DNA of 64,000 nt from an uncultured Actinomycetes bacterium (GTDB lineage Bacteria > Actinomycetota > Thermoleophilia > Gaiellales > JAICJC01), in NCBI GenBank assembly GCA_963809325.1, contig CAWEIZ010000001.1:145961-209960 (forward strand), given 5' to 3'. Position 1 is the first letter of the stretch; each line of letters starts with the position of its first letter. The notes beneath the pieces were generated by a model. It was not told the DNA's origin and searched no databases. It saw only the letters and a program-made list of their open reading frames with translations. Both the position numbers and the translations under genes were made by a program. Below, in pieces: positions 27,193 to 35,858 of this stretch.

Positions 27193-27738
27193 TCAGCGCA
27201 GTACGCGCAGTCCCTCGTACCGGCGCCCCTCGCGTGCCCTGACGCGCCGGAGCAGGACGCCCGCGCCCAGCGCCAGGAAGTACCCGGCGATCGGGATCAC
27301 TGCGATCGCTGAACCGGCGAGACCGGCGCCGTCCTCGATCATCGCGGTTCCGCGGATGTCTCCGCCGCCCTTCACGGCGCCCGCCCGGAGGCTGCGCATG
27401 GCGATCGCAGCCGCAGCAGCGACGAGCGCCCCGAGCGCGAGGCCCACGTACGGGATCGTGCCGCCCGCGCTCAGCTCGAACGCCAGGCCGCCCGCGATCA
27501 CGCGCCGCCCGAGCCGTGCACCCGCCTGCGCACCGGGCCACACGGCGTCGACGGCCAGCTCTGCGACGACCAGTGTCCACGTTGCCACGAGGACGATCCC
27601 GTCGTCGGCGATACCGAGCGGGCCGCGCAGCCAGCCCGCGGCGGCCGCCGTCGCGGCGGCGGCGAGCGGAGCCGAGGCGAGGAGCCCGGCTGCGGCGGCC
27701 AGGCCCAGCCCCTGGCCGAGCGCGATCACGACGTCCAT
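27193..27738 (-). CDS. DUF4126-like membrane protein
   Basis: 181 aa. Gly/Ala-rich TM helices in an arrangement typical of DUF4126. Confidence 0.55.
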   Translation of the reverse strand: MDVVIALGQGLGLAAAAGLLASAPLAAAATAAAAGWLRGPLGIADDGIVLVATWTLVVAELAVDAVWPGAQAGARLGRRVIAGGLAFELSAGGTIPYVGLALGALVAAAAAIAMRSLRAGAVKGGGDIRGTAMIEDGAGLAGSAIAVIPIAGYFLALGAGVLLRRVRAREGRRYEGLRVLR

Positions 27739-27761
27739 CGGCCGGGAATCATACGGCGGCG

Positions 27762-28688
27762 TCAGCCGTCATCGCTGGGCGGTACGAAGGCCCGGATGGC
27801 GTCGCGCTCGTAGCGGAAATGCACCCGCTCGACCTCGCCCAGGTACTCCCCGTCGATCTGGATGGCGGTCGGGACGTCGCACAGCACCGAGAAGTCGTTC
27901 ATGTCATGGAGATAGCCCACTCTGCGCGAGCCGTGGCTCGCATGCCGCGGCCAGAGCAGGCCGTAGACCGGCAGCCGCCACAGGTCGCGCCGCCTGAGCT
28001 CGCGCGTGAACACGACGTCGAGGCCGTGCTCGAAGTCGGCGCGCGGCGCGGCCTTCACCGGCATGCGGCCGAAGAACGTGTACGGATGCTGGTTCGCGAC
28101 CGCGACGTACGACGCGCGGTGGAAGCTGCCGCGATCCGTCCGGATCGTCATCCGCTCGTGCAGCGCGAAGCCCTCCTCGCGGAGGATGCCGAGCGCCGCC
28201 TGCACGACCTTGAGATCGCCCGGCCGATCGTGGGATGAGCGCTCCTCGCGGATGCGGTCGACGGCGGCCGTCGCCTCGGCGTCGAGCCCGAGCCCGGCCG
28301 CGAACGTGAACTTGCGCTCGTCGGCCACTCCGAGCCCGATGCTCTTCGTGCTCTCCTGACGGATCGCCTCCGCAAGCATCCCGCCCGCGGCGACGATGTC
28401 GCGCGGGAAGCCCAGATGGCGGGCGAAGACCGACGACGCCCCGGCCGGCAGGAAGCCCACGAGGACGCCCGGCCGGACGCCGTTCGCCACCTCGTTGGCC
28501 GTGCCGTCTCCGCCCATCCCCACCACCGCGCCGGACTCGATCTCCCGGGCCAGTTCAGCCCCGTGGCCGGCCCGCTCCGTCTCGGCCACCTCGAGCTCGC
28601 AGACGCGCTCGAGCTGCGCGACGACGGCGTCGAGCACCGGCCCGCGCACTCCGGTCGCCGTGGGATTCACGATCAGGCGGACGCGCAT
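27762..28688 (-). CDS. Diacylglycerol/lipid kinase family protein (YegS/DagK-like)
   Basis: ORF 27762..29069 trimmed to ATG at 28688 (MRVRLIVNPTA). GGDGT motif (VVGMGGDGTANEV). Confidence 0.8.
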   Translation of the reverse strand: MRVRLIVNPTATGVRGPVLDAVVAQLERVCELEVAETERAGHGAELAREIESGAVVGMGGDGTANEVANGVRPGVLVGFLPAGASSVFARHLGFPRDIVAAGGMLAEAIRQESTKSIGLGVADERKFTFAAGLGLDAEATAAVDRIREERSSHDRPGDLKVVQAALGILREEGFALHERMTIRTDRGSFHRASYVAVANQHPYTFFGRMPVKAAPRADFEHGLDVVFTRELRRRDLWRLPVYGLLWPRHASHGSRRVGYLHDMNDFSVLCDVPTAIQIDGEYLGEVERVHFRYERDAIRAFVPPSDDG

Positions 28689-28710
28689 CTGACGGCTACC
28701 ATAACCGCCG

Positions 28711-29109
28711 GTGGACGCCCGATCCCTGCGCACGTACGCAACGGCCGCGGCCGTGCCCGCCGCGGTCGTGATCCTGAGCCACCTCGCCTGGGCCTGGTAC
28801 GCCCACCCCGCGAGCGCCGATCGCCGCGCGGCGGCGTTCGACCACGGGCTCGCGGTCGCGGCGATCCTGGCTGCGACCCTGGTCGCGGGGCGGATCGCGC
28901 TGTGGATGGAGGGGCGCACGCGGTACGTCTGGGCGGACGCCGTCGCCGTGCTCGGAGCGATCGCCGTGGTGGCGCACCTGGCCGTGGCATGGCGTGACGA
29001 GGGCGTGGGAGACGTCGGCGTGGCGGTGGTCCACGCCGTCGCGCTTGGTGCCCTCGCAGTCGCCGTCAACCTGATCCGGGCCTTCGAGGAACCGCGGCCG
29101 GGCCGCTAA
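28711..29109 (+). CDS. Small membrane protein, unknown function
   Basis: 132 aa. Four predicted TM helices and strong GC3 bias. Confidence 0.5.
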   Translation: MDARSLRTYATAAAVPAAVVILSHLAWAWYAHPASADRRAAAFDHGLAVAAILAATLVAGRIALWMEGRTRYVWADAVAVLGAIAVVAHLAVAWRDEGVGDVGVAVVHAVALGALAVAVNLIRAFEEPRPGR

Positions 29110-29163
29110 CACCTTCCCAATTCCCAATTCCCGGCCAATGGCCCGCGCCTATCACTAGAAGGC

Positions 29164-30336
29164 ATGAAGTCATCAATCCGTCAAGCAGTCATCGTCGTCG
29201 TCGCGGCAGTCGCCGGAGGCGGCGCAGCCGTGGCCATCGGCACCGCGACAACCTCCAGCTCCACCACGACCGTCCAGGCGGCCGCCCCGATTCCCGCCGC
29301 GAACGTCAGCCAGACCTCGAGCGGCATCAGCCCGGCCGCGATCTACCGCAACGACGCGCCGGGCGTCGTCCTGATCACCGCGACGAGCACCTCGAGCGCG
29401 CCTGATCCGGTCGACCCGTTCGCCCCCAACCAGAGCCAGAAGTCAGTCGCGATCGGCTCGGGATTCGTCGCCGACGCGGCCGGCCACGTCTACACCAATG
29501 CCCACGTCGTGCTGGGCTCGTCGTCGGTGAAGGTCGCATTCTCGGACGGCGCCTCCTACAACGCCAAGGTGCTCGGCGCCGACAAGGCGACCGACGTCGC
29601 GGTGCTCCAGGTCGAGAGCGTCCCGGCCGGCCGGCTGCACCCGCTGCCGCTGGGGAGCCTGAGCTCCGTCCACGTGGGCGATCCGGTCGTCGCGATCGGG
29701 AACCCCCTGAACGAGCAGAGCACGATCACGTCGGGCATCGTCTCGCAGATCGGGCGCACGATCGACTCGCTCGAGCCCGGCCAGCAGATCTACCAGGCCA
29801 TTCAGACCGACGCCGCGATCAACCACGGCAACTCGGGCGGCCCGCTGATCGACCGGTTCGGGCGCGTGATCGGCATCACGAGCCAGATCCTGACCGGGAA
29901 CAACGACCCGAACGCCGGCAACATCGGCATCGGCTTCGCGATCCCGATCGACAAGGTGAGCCAGATCGCCCGGCAGCTCATCACGAGCGGCCACGCCGAG
30001 CACACCTACCTCGGGATCGAGGGCACCGAGATCACCCCTGACCTCCAGCAGGCGATCAACCTGCCGGTGGGCGAGGGCGTCCTGGTCGGCCACGTCGTGC
30101 CGGGCTCCCCCGCCGACATGGCCGGGATCCGCGGCGGATCGACGACCGCCACGATCGCCGGTCAGACGCTGACCCTGGGCGGCGACATCATCACGTCCAT
30201 CGACGGGCACAAGATCACGTCCTTCGCCAACCTGGCCGGGCCCATCGCCTCGAAGTCCGCCGGCGACCGGGTGACGCTCGGGATCCTGCGTGACGGGAAG
30301 GCCCAGACCATCTCGGTGACGCTCGCCAACAAGTAG
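29164..30336 (+). CDS. htrA: HtrA/DegP-family serine protease (S1C) with PDZ domain
   Basis: 390 aa. Catalytic triad contexts TNAHVV, DVAVLQV and GNSGGPL. C-terminal PDZ-like region. Confidence 0.9.
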   Translation: MKSSIRQAVIVVVAAVAGGGAAVAIGTATTSSSTTTVQAAAPIPAANVSQTSSGISPAAIYRNDAPGVVLITATSTSSAPDPVDPFAPNQSQKSVAIGSGFVADAAGHVYTNAHVVLGSSSVKVAFSDGASYNAKVLGADKATDVAVLQVESVPAGRLHPLPLGSLSSVHVGDPVVAIGNPLNEQSTITSGIVSQIGRTIDSLEPGQQIYQAIQTDAAINHGNSGGPLIDRFGRVIGITSQILTGNNDPNAGNIGIGFAIPIDKVSQIARQLITSGHAEHTYLGIEGTEITPDLQQAINLPVGEGVLVGHVVPGSPADMAGIRGGSTTATIAGQTLTLGGDIITSIDGHKITSFANLAGPIASKSAGDRVTLGILRDGKAQTISVTLANK

Positions 30337-30374
30337 AGCCTGACGAGAGATCGCGCCGCCTGCAGGCGCGAACC

Positions 30375-30409
30375 GCCGGGGCCCCGCCCACCTGCCACGG
30401 GGCCCCGGC
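30375..30409. terminator. GC-rich hairpin between convergent htrA and CDF genes
   Basis: GCCGGGGCCCC-12 nt-GGGGCCCCGGC. No obvious U-tract. Confidence 0.5.
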
Positions 30410-30421
30410 ACCACTCTCTCT

Positions 30422-31768
30422 CTAACAGACCTCGACGATGACGTCGTCGACCGACGCGATCGCGTCGCGTACGGCGTCCTCGACCCGGCTGGCCAGCGTG
30501 TGCGCCTCGCCCACCGAGAGCGCCGGATCGGCCCGGACGGAGGTCACGACCAGCAGCCGTGCGCCCTGCCGGTAGACCACGAGCTGCTCCGCCTCACCGG
30601 CCACGGAGCGGATCGCCTCGGCGGCCAGACGGTGAAGGAACGGCTCCTCGGCCCCGATGTCGCGCGCCGGCTGGGCGCCCGGCGCGGACGGCTCGACGTG
30701 GGCGTAGACGCGCGCGATCCCGACCTCGCGCCTGATCTCGTCCTTCAGCCGCTCGACGACGTCCCAGGCCGAGCGCAGGGTCTCGTCCTGCGGAAGCCGG
30801 ACGTGGAGCGTCACCGCCCGCCCGGACGCGTCGTCGAGCACGGCGATGTTGTGGGCCTCGACGACGCCGGGAACGCGCAGGGCCGCGGCCGCCACACGGT
30901 CGTTCAGCGTCTCATCGGCCGCCGCGGGCTCGACGTGCACCGTCACCTGGGCCCGGCCGAGCGAGTCGCGGACGGCCCCCTCGACCATGTCGGTGGTCTC
31001 GTGGCTGCGCTCGACGCCCGCCAGCCGCGGGACGCCGATCACGACCTCGGCGAAGCTCTCGCCGCCGGCCTCGCGCACGCGCACCGAGCGCACCTCGCTC
31101 ACTCCGGGCACCGAGCGGGCCGCGCGCTCGACCCGCCCCGCCACGCCCGACGGCGTCCGGTCCATCAGCGCGTCGATGTTCTGGCGCGCGAGCCGCAGCG
31201 CCCCGAATAGCACGATCGCCGCAACGAAGATGGCGGCGAGCGAGTCGCCGGCCGGCACGCCCGCGGCGACGAAACCCAGGCCGACGAGCACCGCCAGGGT
31301 GCCGGCGAAGTCCGAGCCGAAGTGCCACGCATTCGCCATGAGGGCCGCGTTCCGCTCGATCCGGCCCTGCCGCAGCGAGATCCCCGCCCGCGCCGCGTCG
31401 ACGACCAGCACGACCACGAGCGCCGCGAAGGCATACCAGCGAGCCTGGACCGGTGACGAGCCCTCGTCCAGCCTGGTCACGGCCTCGACGGCGATCCACG
31501 TCGCGGCGGCCGCCAGGAACGCCGCCTCGCCCAGGGCCGCGAGATGCTGGGCCTTGCCGTGCCCGAACGGGTGCTCACGGTCGGCCGGCCGCTCCGCGAT
31601 ACCGACCGCGTACAGGGTCAGGCCGGCGGCCGCCGCGTCGATGCCCGAGTGCACGGCTTCGGCCAGGATCCCGAGGCTGCCGCTCGCGAAACCCACCGCG
31701 AGCTTGAGGAGCGCGAGGCCGATCGCCGCAACCAGCGACGCCACCGCGGTGCGCCGCGCGGGTGACAT
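30422..31768 (-). CDS. Cation diffusion facilitator (CDF) transporter with extended/duplicated cytoplasmic C-terminal region
   Basis: 448 aa. Motifs HSGIDAAAA and HPFGHGKAQ. Confidence 0.8.
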   Translation of the reverse strand: MSPARRTAVASLVAAIGLALLKLAVGFASGSLGILAEAVHSGIDAAAAGLTLYAVGIAERPADREHPFGHGKAQHLAALGEAAFLAAAATWIAVEAVTRLDEGSSPVQARWYAFAALVVVLVVDAARAGISLRQGRIERNAALMANAWHFGSDFAGTLAVLVGLGFVAAGVPAGDSLAAIFVAAIVLFGALRLARQNIDALMDRTPSGVAGRVERAARSVPGVSEVRSVRVREAGGESFAEVVIGVPRLAGVERSHETTDMVEGAVRDSLGRAQVTVHVEPAAADETLNDRVAAAALRVPGVVEAHNIAVLDDASGRAVTLHVRLPQDETLRSAWDVVERLKDEIRREVGIARVYAHVEPSAPGAQPARDIGAEEPFLHRLAAEAIRSVAGEAEQLVVYRQGARLLVVTSVRADPALSVGEAHTLASRVEDAVRDAIASVDDVIVEVC

Positions 31769-31816
31769 CCGCGCAGTTTACGGACGTCCGGTTTCCTTTT
31801 CGCGTTCCGAAGTGCA

Positions 31817-32497
31817 ATGATTCACGGACCCATGGCGGTGTCACAGGCCAGCGGGGGGGACGGCGAAATCCGCACCCAGGTTCGTTGCCTGGTGGTGGAC
31901 GATCACGCTGCCGTGCGGGAGGGCGTCAAGATGATCCTCACCCGCGACCGCGAGATCTCGGTCATCGGCGAGAGCTCGTCCGGCGACGGCGCCGTCGAGA
32001 TGGCCGAGAAGCGCCGTCCCGACGTGATCGTGATGGACGTGCGCATGGAGGGCATGGACGGGTTCGAGGCCACCCGCCAGATCACGGCCTCGCATCCCGA
32101 GATGGCGGTGATCCTGTACACGGCCCACGGCGAGCGCGGGCTCCTGGCGGAGGGCCTCGACTGCGGCGCGCGCGGCTACGTCCTCAAGGAGGCGCCGCCC
32201 GACGACATCGTGCGGGCGGTGAAGCGCGTGGCCGAGGGAGGCGCCTACGTCGACCCGACGCTCGCATCGGAGCTTGTGACCCCGAAGGCAACGGAGCGTC
32301 TGCCGGCGCTCTCGGGGCGCGAGCGCGAGATCCTCGGACTCCTGGCGAACGGGTTCTCGAACCCCGACATCGCCCAGCGGCTCTTCATCAGCCCCGAGAC
32401 GGTGCGAACGCACGTCCGGAACGCCATGACGAAGCTCGAGGCCGACACTCGCACCCAGGCCGTCGCGCTGGCGCTGCGGTATGAGTTCATCGACTGA
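31817..32497 (+). CDS. Response regulator, NarL/LuxR family
   Basis: 226 aa. Receiver motifs VVDDH and DVIVMDVRMEGMDG. LuxR HTH sequence LSGREREILGLLANGFSNPDIAQRLFISPETVRTH. Confidence 0.9.
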   Translation: MIHGPMAVSQASGGDGEIRTQVRCLVVDDHAAVREGVKMILTRDREISVIGESSSGDGAVEMAEKRRPDVIVMDVRMEGMDGFEATRQITASHPEMAVILYTAHGERGLLAEGLDCGARGYVLKEAPPDDIVRAVKRVAEGGAYVDPTLASELVTPKATERLPALSGREREILGLLANGFSNPDIAQRLFISPETVRTHVRNAMTKLEADTRTQAVALALRYEFID

Positions 32498-33326
32498 CCG
32501 CCGTCTGCTGCGCATCGCAGCGGTCACGGCGTCCGGCGCGGTCGCCGCAGCCGCTGCTTCGCTCGCAGGCGCTCCGGCCGCTCTCGCCGCCGCGGTCACG
32601 GCGCTCGCCGTTGCGGCCGGCGCGGCGCTCGCCTGGCCGCGACCGGCCCGCGGCTCGCGCGGTCGCGGGGGCCCGCGCGAGCAGGGGGAGCTCTTCGACC
32701 ACATGCTCGACGCGATCGATGCCGAGCGCGAGACGCTCGCCCACTGCCTGCACGACGGCCCCCAGCAGACGCTGACGGCGGTCAGGCTCATGTGCGACGT
32801 CGTCCGCGACGCGGTGTCGAAGGGCGACGTCCACCACGCGGAGGAGGTGCTCGGGAGGCTGGAGCGACTGGCCGCGGACGCCGCCGACGACCTGCGCCGA
32901 ACGGTTGCGCGCCTGCACCCCGTGGTGATGCAGCAGCAGGGGCTCGTGCAGGCGCTCGGCTCGCTCGCAGAGACGGTGCACGAGGAGTACGGGGTCCCGA
33001 CGTCGTTCAACCGCCCCCGGGGCGGCTGGGAGGCCGAGGAGGACCGCGACACGGCGATCTTCCAGATCGCTCGTGAGGCGGCGGTGAACGCCGCTCGGCA
33101 TGGGCGGCCGCCGGTCCTGATCAGCCTCCAGCGCTCGCCCATGGATATCCACCTCTCGGTCGAGGACCGGGGCGGCGAGCTCGGCAGCAACGGCCATGTG
33201 CCGCGGGAGGGCGTCGGCATCCGGATGATGCGCGAGCGGGCCGCACGGATCGGCGCGGAGCTCACGCTCGAGTCCGCCCCGGGAACGCGGACGATCGTCT
33301 CGCTTCACGTCCCCTCCGCCCGGTGA
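32481..33326 (+). CDS. Sensor histidine kinase (HisKA_3/NarX-DesK type)
   Basis: 281 aa. H-box CLHDGPQQTL, N-box REAAVNAARHG and G-box GVGIRMMRERA. Short Ala-rich N-terminal hydrophobic region. Confidence 0.85.
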   Translation: MSSSTDRRLLRIAAVTASGAVAAAAASLAGAPAALAAAVTALAVAAGAALAWPRPARGSRGRGGPREQGELFDHMLDAIDAERETLAHCLHDGPQQTLTAVRLMCDVVRDAVSKGDVHHAEEVLGRLERLAADAADDLRRTVARLHPVVMQQQGLVQALGSLAETVHEEYGVPTSFNRPRGGWEAEEDRDTAIFQIAREAAVNAARHGRPPVLISLQRSPMDIHLSVEDRGGELGSNGHVPREGVGIRMMRERAARIGAELTLESAPGTRTIVSLHVPSAR

Positions 33327-34042
33327 GGATCGGCGTGATCGGGCACAGGGCAGCCGACGCGGTCATGACCGAGGCCGGCACGGAGCACCGGCCCGGCGGG
33401 ACGCCGCTCTACGCGCGCCGCTCGCTCGAGGCGCTCGGTGTCCCGTGCGTCGTGGTCGAGCGCGGCGGGTTCGGAAGCCGCCTGCACCACCACGACGGCG
33501 TCGTCGAGCAGTGGGTCGAGGCGGTCGGCGAGCCGTTCGCTCCGGAGGACGTGCTCGCGGCGGTCGACGGCTGCGAGTGGGTGATCCTCGGAGGCCAGAC
33601 CGCGGGGGACTTCCCGCCCGAGACGATCGCGGCGCTCGCCGAGGCCGGGCATCGGGTGTGCCTCGACGGCCAGGGGCTGTGCCGCGGCGACGCGCCGGGG
33701 CCGGTGCACCTGCGGCCGTTCCCCTCCGAGGCGATCCGCGGCGTCTCGATTCTCAAGCTCAACCGGGCCGAGGCGGAGGCGGCGGCGGGTGGCCTCGATC
33801 CCGAGTCGCTCCGGGAGCTCGGAGCGCCGGAGGTCGTCGTCACGCTCGGGCGGGACGGCGCGCTGGGCGTCACGGCGGACGGCGAGTGGCACTCGGCGCC
33901 GAGCGGGACGGGGATCTACGCCGACCCGACCGGCGCGGGTGACACGTGGACCGCGGCGTATGTCGTCCGCCGGGCCGGCGGCGAATCCCCGGAGGGCGCG
34001 GCGCGGGCCGCCGCCGTACACGCCGACCACCTCTACCTGTAG
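33323..34042 (+). CDS. PfkB-family carbohydrate/small-molecule kinase-like protein
   Basis: 239 aa. C-terminal DPTGAGDTW motif. 4-nt overlap with the kinase gene. Confidence 0.7.
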   Translation: MRIGVIGHRAADAVMTEAGTEHRPGGTPLYARRSLEALGVPCVVVERGGFGSRLHHHDGVVEQWVEAVGEPFAPEDVLAAVDGCEWVILGGQTAGDFPPETIAALAEAGHRVCLDGQGLCRGDAPGPVHLRPFPSEAIRGVSILKLNRAEAEAAAGGLDPESLRELGAPEVVVTLGRDGALGVTADGEWHSAPSGTGIYADPTGAGDTWTAAYVVRRAGGESPEGAARAAAVHADHLYL

Positions 34043-34056
34043 GGTTGCCAAGGGAC

Positions 34057-34434
34057 GTGAGCAGCGAGGGCATCAAGATCCTAATCGCCGAGGACAACGC
34101 GCTTCTCCGGGGTGTGCTGCGAGACGCGTTGGAAGAGGCTGGGATGGACGTGGTCGGCGAGGCCTCGGACGGGGCGGAGGCGGTCGTCTCGGCGGAGCGT
34201 GCGCACCCCGACGTCGTCGTCATGGACATGCGGATGCCGAACGTCGACGGCATCGAGGCGACCGAGCAGATCGCAGCCGCGGAGTGGGCGATGCCCGTCG
34301 TCGTGCTCTCGGCCTACGACGAGCCGCAGATGATCGAGGCCGCGCTCAACGCCGGAGCGGCGAGCTGCCTCAAGAAGGGCGTCGGGCTCGACGAGCTGAT
34401 CGACGCGATCCGCGCCGCGCACACCGCCCGGTAG
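34057..34434 (+). CDS. Stand-alone receiver (CheY-like) domain protein
   Basis: GTG at 34057 inside ORF 33946..34434. Motifs ILIAEDN, DVVVMDMRMPNVDG and VVVLSAY. Confidence 0.8.
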   Translation: MSSEGIKILIAEDNALLRGVLRDALEEAGMDVVGEASDGAEAVVSAERAHPDVVVMDMRMPNVDGIEATEQIAAAEWAMPVVVLSAYDEPQMIEAALNAGAASCLKKGVGLDELIDAIRAAHTAR

Positions 34435-34446
34435 CCGCGGCGAGGG

Positions 34447-34899
34447 TCACGGATGGCGGACGCCGTCGCGCAGCATGCCGACGGCGCGCTCCAGGCGGGC
34501 CCGCCGCGTCTCCTCGCGCTTCGCGCCGGACACCCATTCGACGTACTCCCGCCGGTGCGTGTACGAGAGGCCGTCGAACGCCGCCCTCGCCGCGTCGTCG
34601 GCCGCGAGCGCGGCCTTGAGCTCCTCCGGCACCTCCACGGTCCGCGGCTCGTCATCGAGCTCGAGAACGACCGAGAGCCGGTCGCCGTCGTCGAACCCGG
34701 CCGCGTCGCGGATCTCGCGCCGGAACCCGAGGAAGTAGCGCCCGCCGTAGGTCGCGACCGTCGTCCGGAACGGATACCCGTTGACCGTCCCGCGGACCGG
34801 CGCCCGGGCCCTGCCGAACGCGGCCCGCACGTCGAACGGCACCTCGAGGAGCGTGCCCGACCCGTGCTGCTCCAGCCTCCCCTCGAACCGCTCCGCCAT
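34447..34899 (-). CDS. DUF1905 / YdeI-like (bacteriocin-protection family) protein
   Basis: 150 aa. N-terminal LEVPFDVRAAFG...VRGTVNGYPFRTTV and C-terminal LSYTHRREYVEWV. Confidence 0.65.
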   Translation of the reverse strand: MAERFEGRLEQHGSGTLLEVPFDVRAAFGRARAPVRGTVNGYPFRTTVATYGGRYFLGFRREIRDAAGFDDGDRLSVVLELDDEPRTVEVPEELKAALAADDAARAAFDGLSYTHRREYVEWVSGAKREETRRARLERAVGMLRDGVRHP

Positions 34900-34934
34900 A
34901 CGTCGCAGTATCTCGCAGGTGTACTCTCGGGATC

Positions 34935-35435
34935 GTGCCCGCGGAGATGCACATCGCCCAGGTGAACGTCGCCCGGGCCCTCGAGCCGCTCGACTCGCCG
35001 CTCCTGGCCGGCTTCGTCGCCGCGCTGGCTCCGGTGAACGCCCTGGCGGACGCCGCGCCCGGGTTCGTCTGGCGGCTCCAGACCGAGGACGGCGACGCGA
35101 CCGCGGTGCGCATCGACGACGACCCGCGGGTGATCGTGAACCTCTCGGTGTGGGCGTCCCTCGAGGCGCTGTGGGCCTTCGTCTACGGCGGCCCGCACGT
35201 CGGCGTGATGCAGCGCCGGCGGGGGTGGTTCGAACGACCCGTCGAGACGCACCTCGCGCTGTGGTGGGTCCCCGCCGGGCGGACGCCGACCGTCGCCGAG
35301 GCGGTCGCGCGCCTCGCCGAGCACCGGCGCAACGGGCCCGCCCCGGGTGCGTTCGACTTCAAGCACCCGTTCACGCCGGACGGCCGGCCGCTCGACCCCG
35401 CGGCGCTTCGCATCCTGCCGGCGGCCTGCGGCTGA
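34935..35435 (+). CDS. DUF3291-like protein
   Basis: 166 aa. Motifs HIAQVNVARA...GFVWRLQ...NLSVWASLEAL. Confidence 0.6.
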   Translation: MPAEMHIAQVNVARALEPLDSPLLAGFVAALAPVNALADAAPGFVWRLQTEDGDATAVRIDDDPRVIVNLSVWASLEALWAFVYGGPHVGVMQRRRGWFERPVETHLALWWVPAGRTPTVAEAVARLAEHRRNGPAPGAFDFKHPFTPDGRPLDPAALRILPAACG

Positions 35436-35438
35436 CCC

Positions 35439-35858
35439 TCACGGCCAGCCCAGGTACTCGCTCTCGTGCTCCTCGAACAGTGCCGCGACGGTCTCGGGCG
35501 TTGGTGCCGCCAGGGCGTGGAGCGCGTCGATGAGCGCGCGGATCCGTGGCGTCATCACGAGGAGATACCGGGTCGGATCGGGGCGCGGATTCCAGTACGT
35601 GTGAGGCGTGCCCCGCGGCACGATCACGGCGCCTCCGGCAGGGACCTCGATGTCCCGGTCGCCCGATCGCACGACGAGCGCACCCTCGAGGACATACCAG
35701 CACTCGTCGTCGGCACGGTGCACGTGCAGCGGTGCGATGTACCGCGGCGGATCGCCGCCGCCGCCCGGATCCGCCCACTGCGCGACCACGATCTGCGCGT
35801 CCGGGGCCGCCACGAGGCGACCGGCCAGGTCCGCCGAGAACGCGCCGTCCGCCGTCAC
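35439..35858 (-). CDS. Cupin-domain protein
   Basis: Tail of ORF 35439..37535 from GTG at 35858 (GTGA overlap with the ALDH stop). Cupin motifs PLHVHRADDECWYVLEG and VIVPRGTPHTY. Confidence 0.7.
   Translation of the reverse strand: MTADGAFSADLAGRLVAAPDAQIVVAQWADPGGGGDPPRYIAPLHVHRADDECWYVLEGALVVRSGDRDIEVPAGGAVIVPRGTPHTYWNPRPDPTRYLLVMTPRIRALIDALHALAAPTPETVAALFEEHESEYLGWP

Noticed and set aside
29113-29145. Tandem CCAATTC-CCAATTC and GGCCAATGGCC upstream of htrA, reminiscent of the copy-1 arm (GATTCCCAATTC).
   Set aside because: There is no partner arm or core sequence nearby. It is too short to distinguish from chance or from an ordinary promoter feature.
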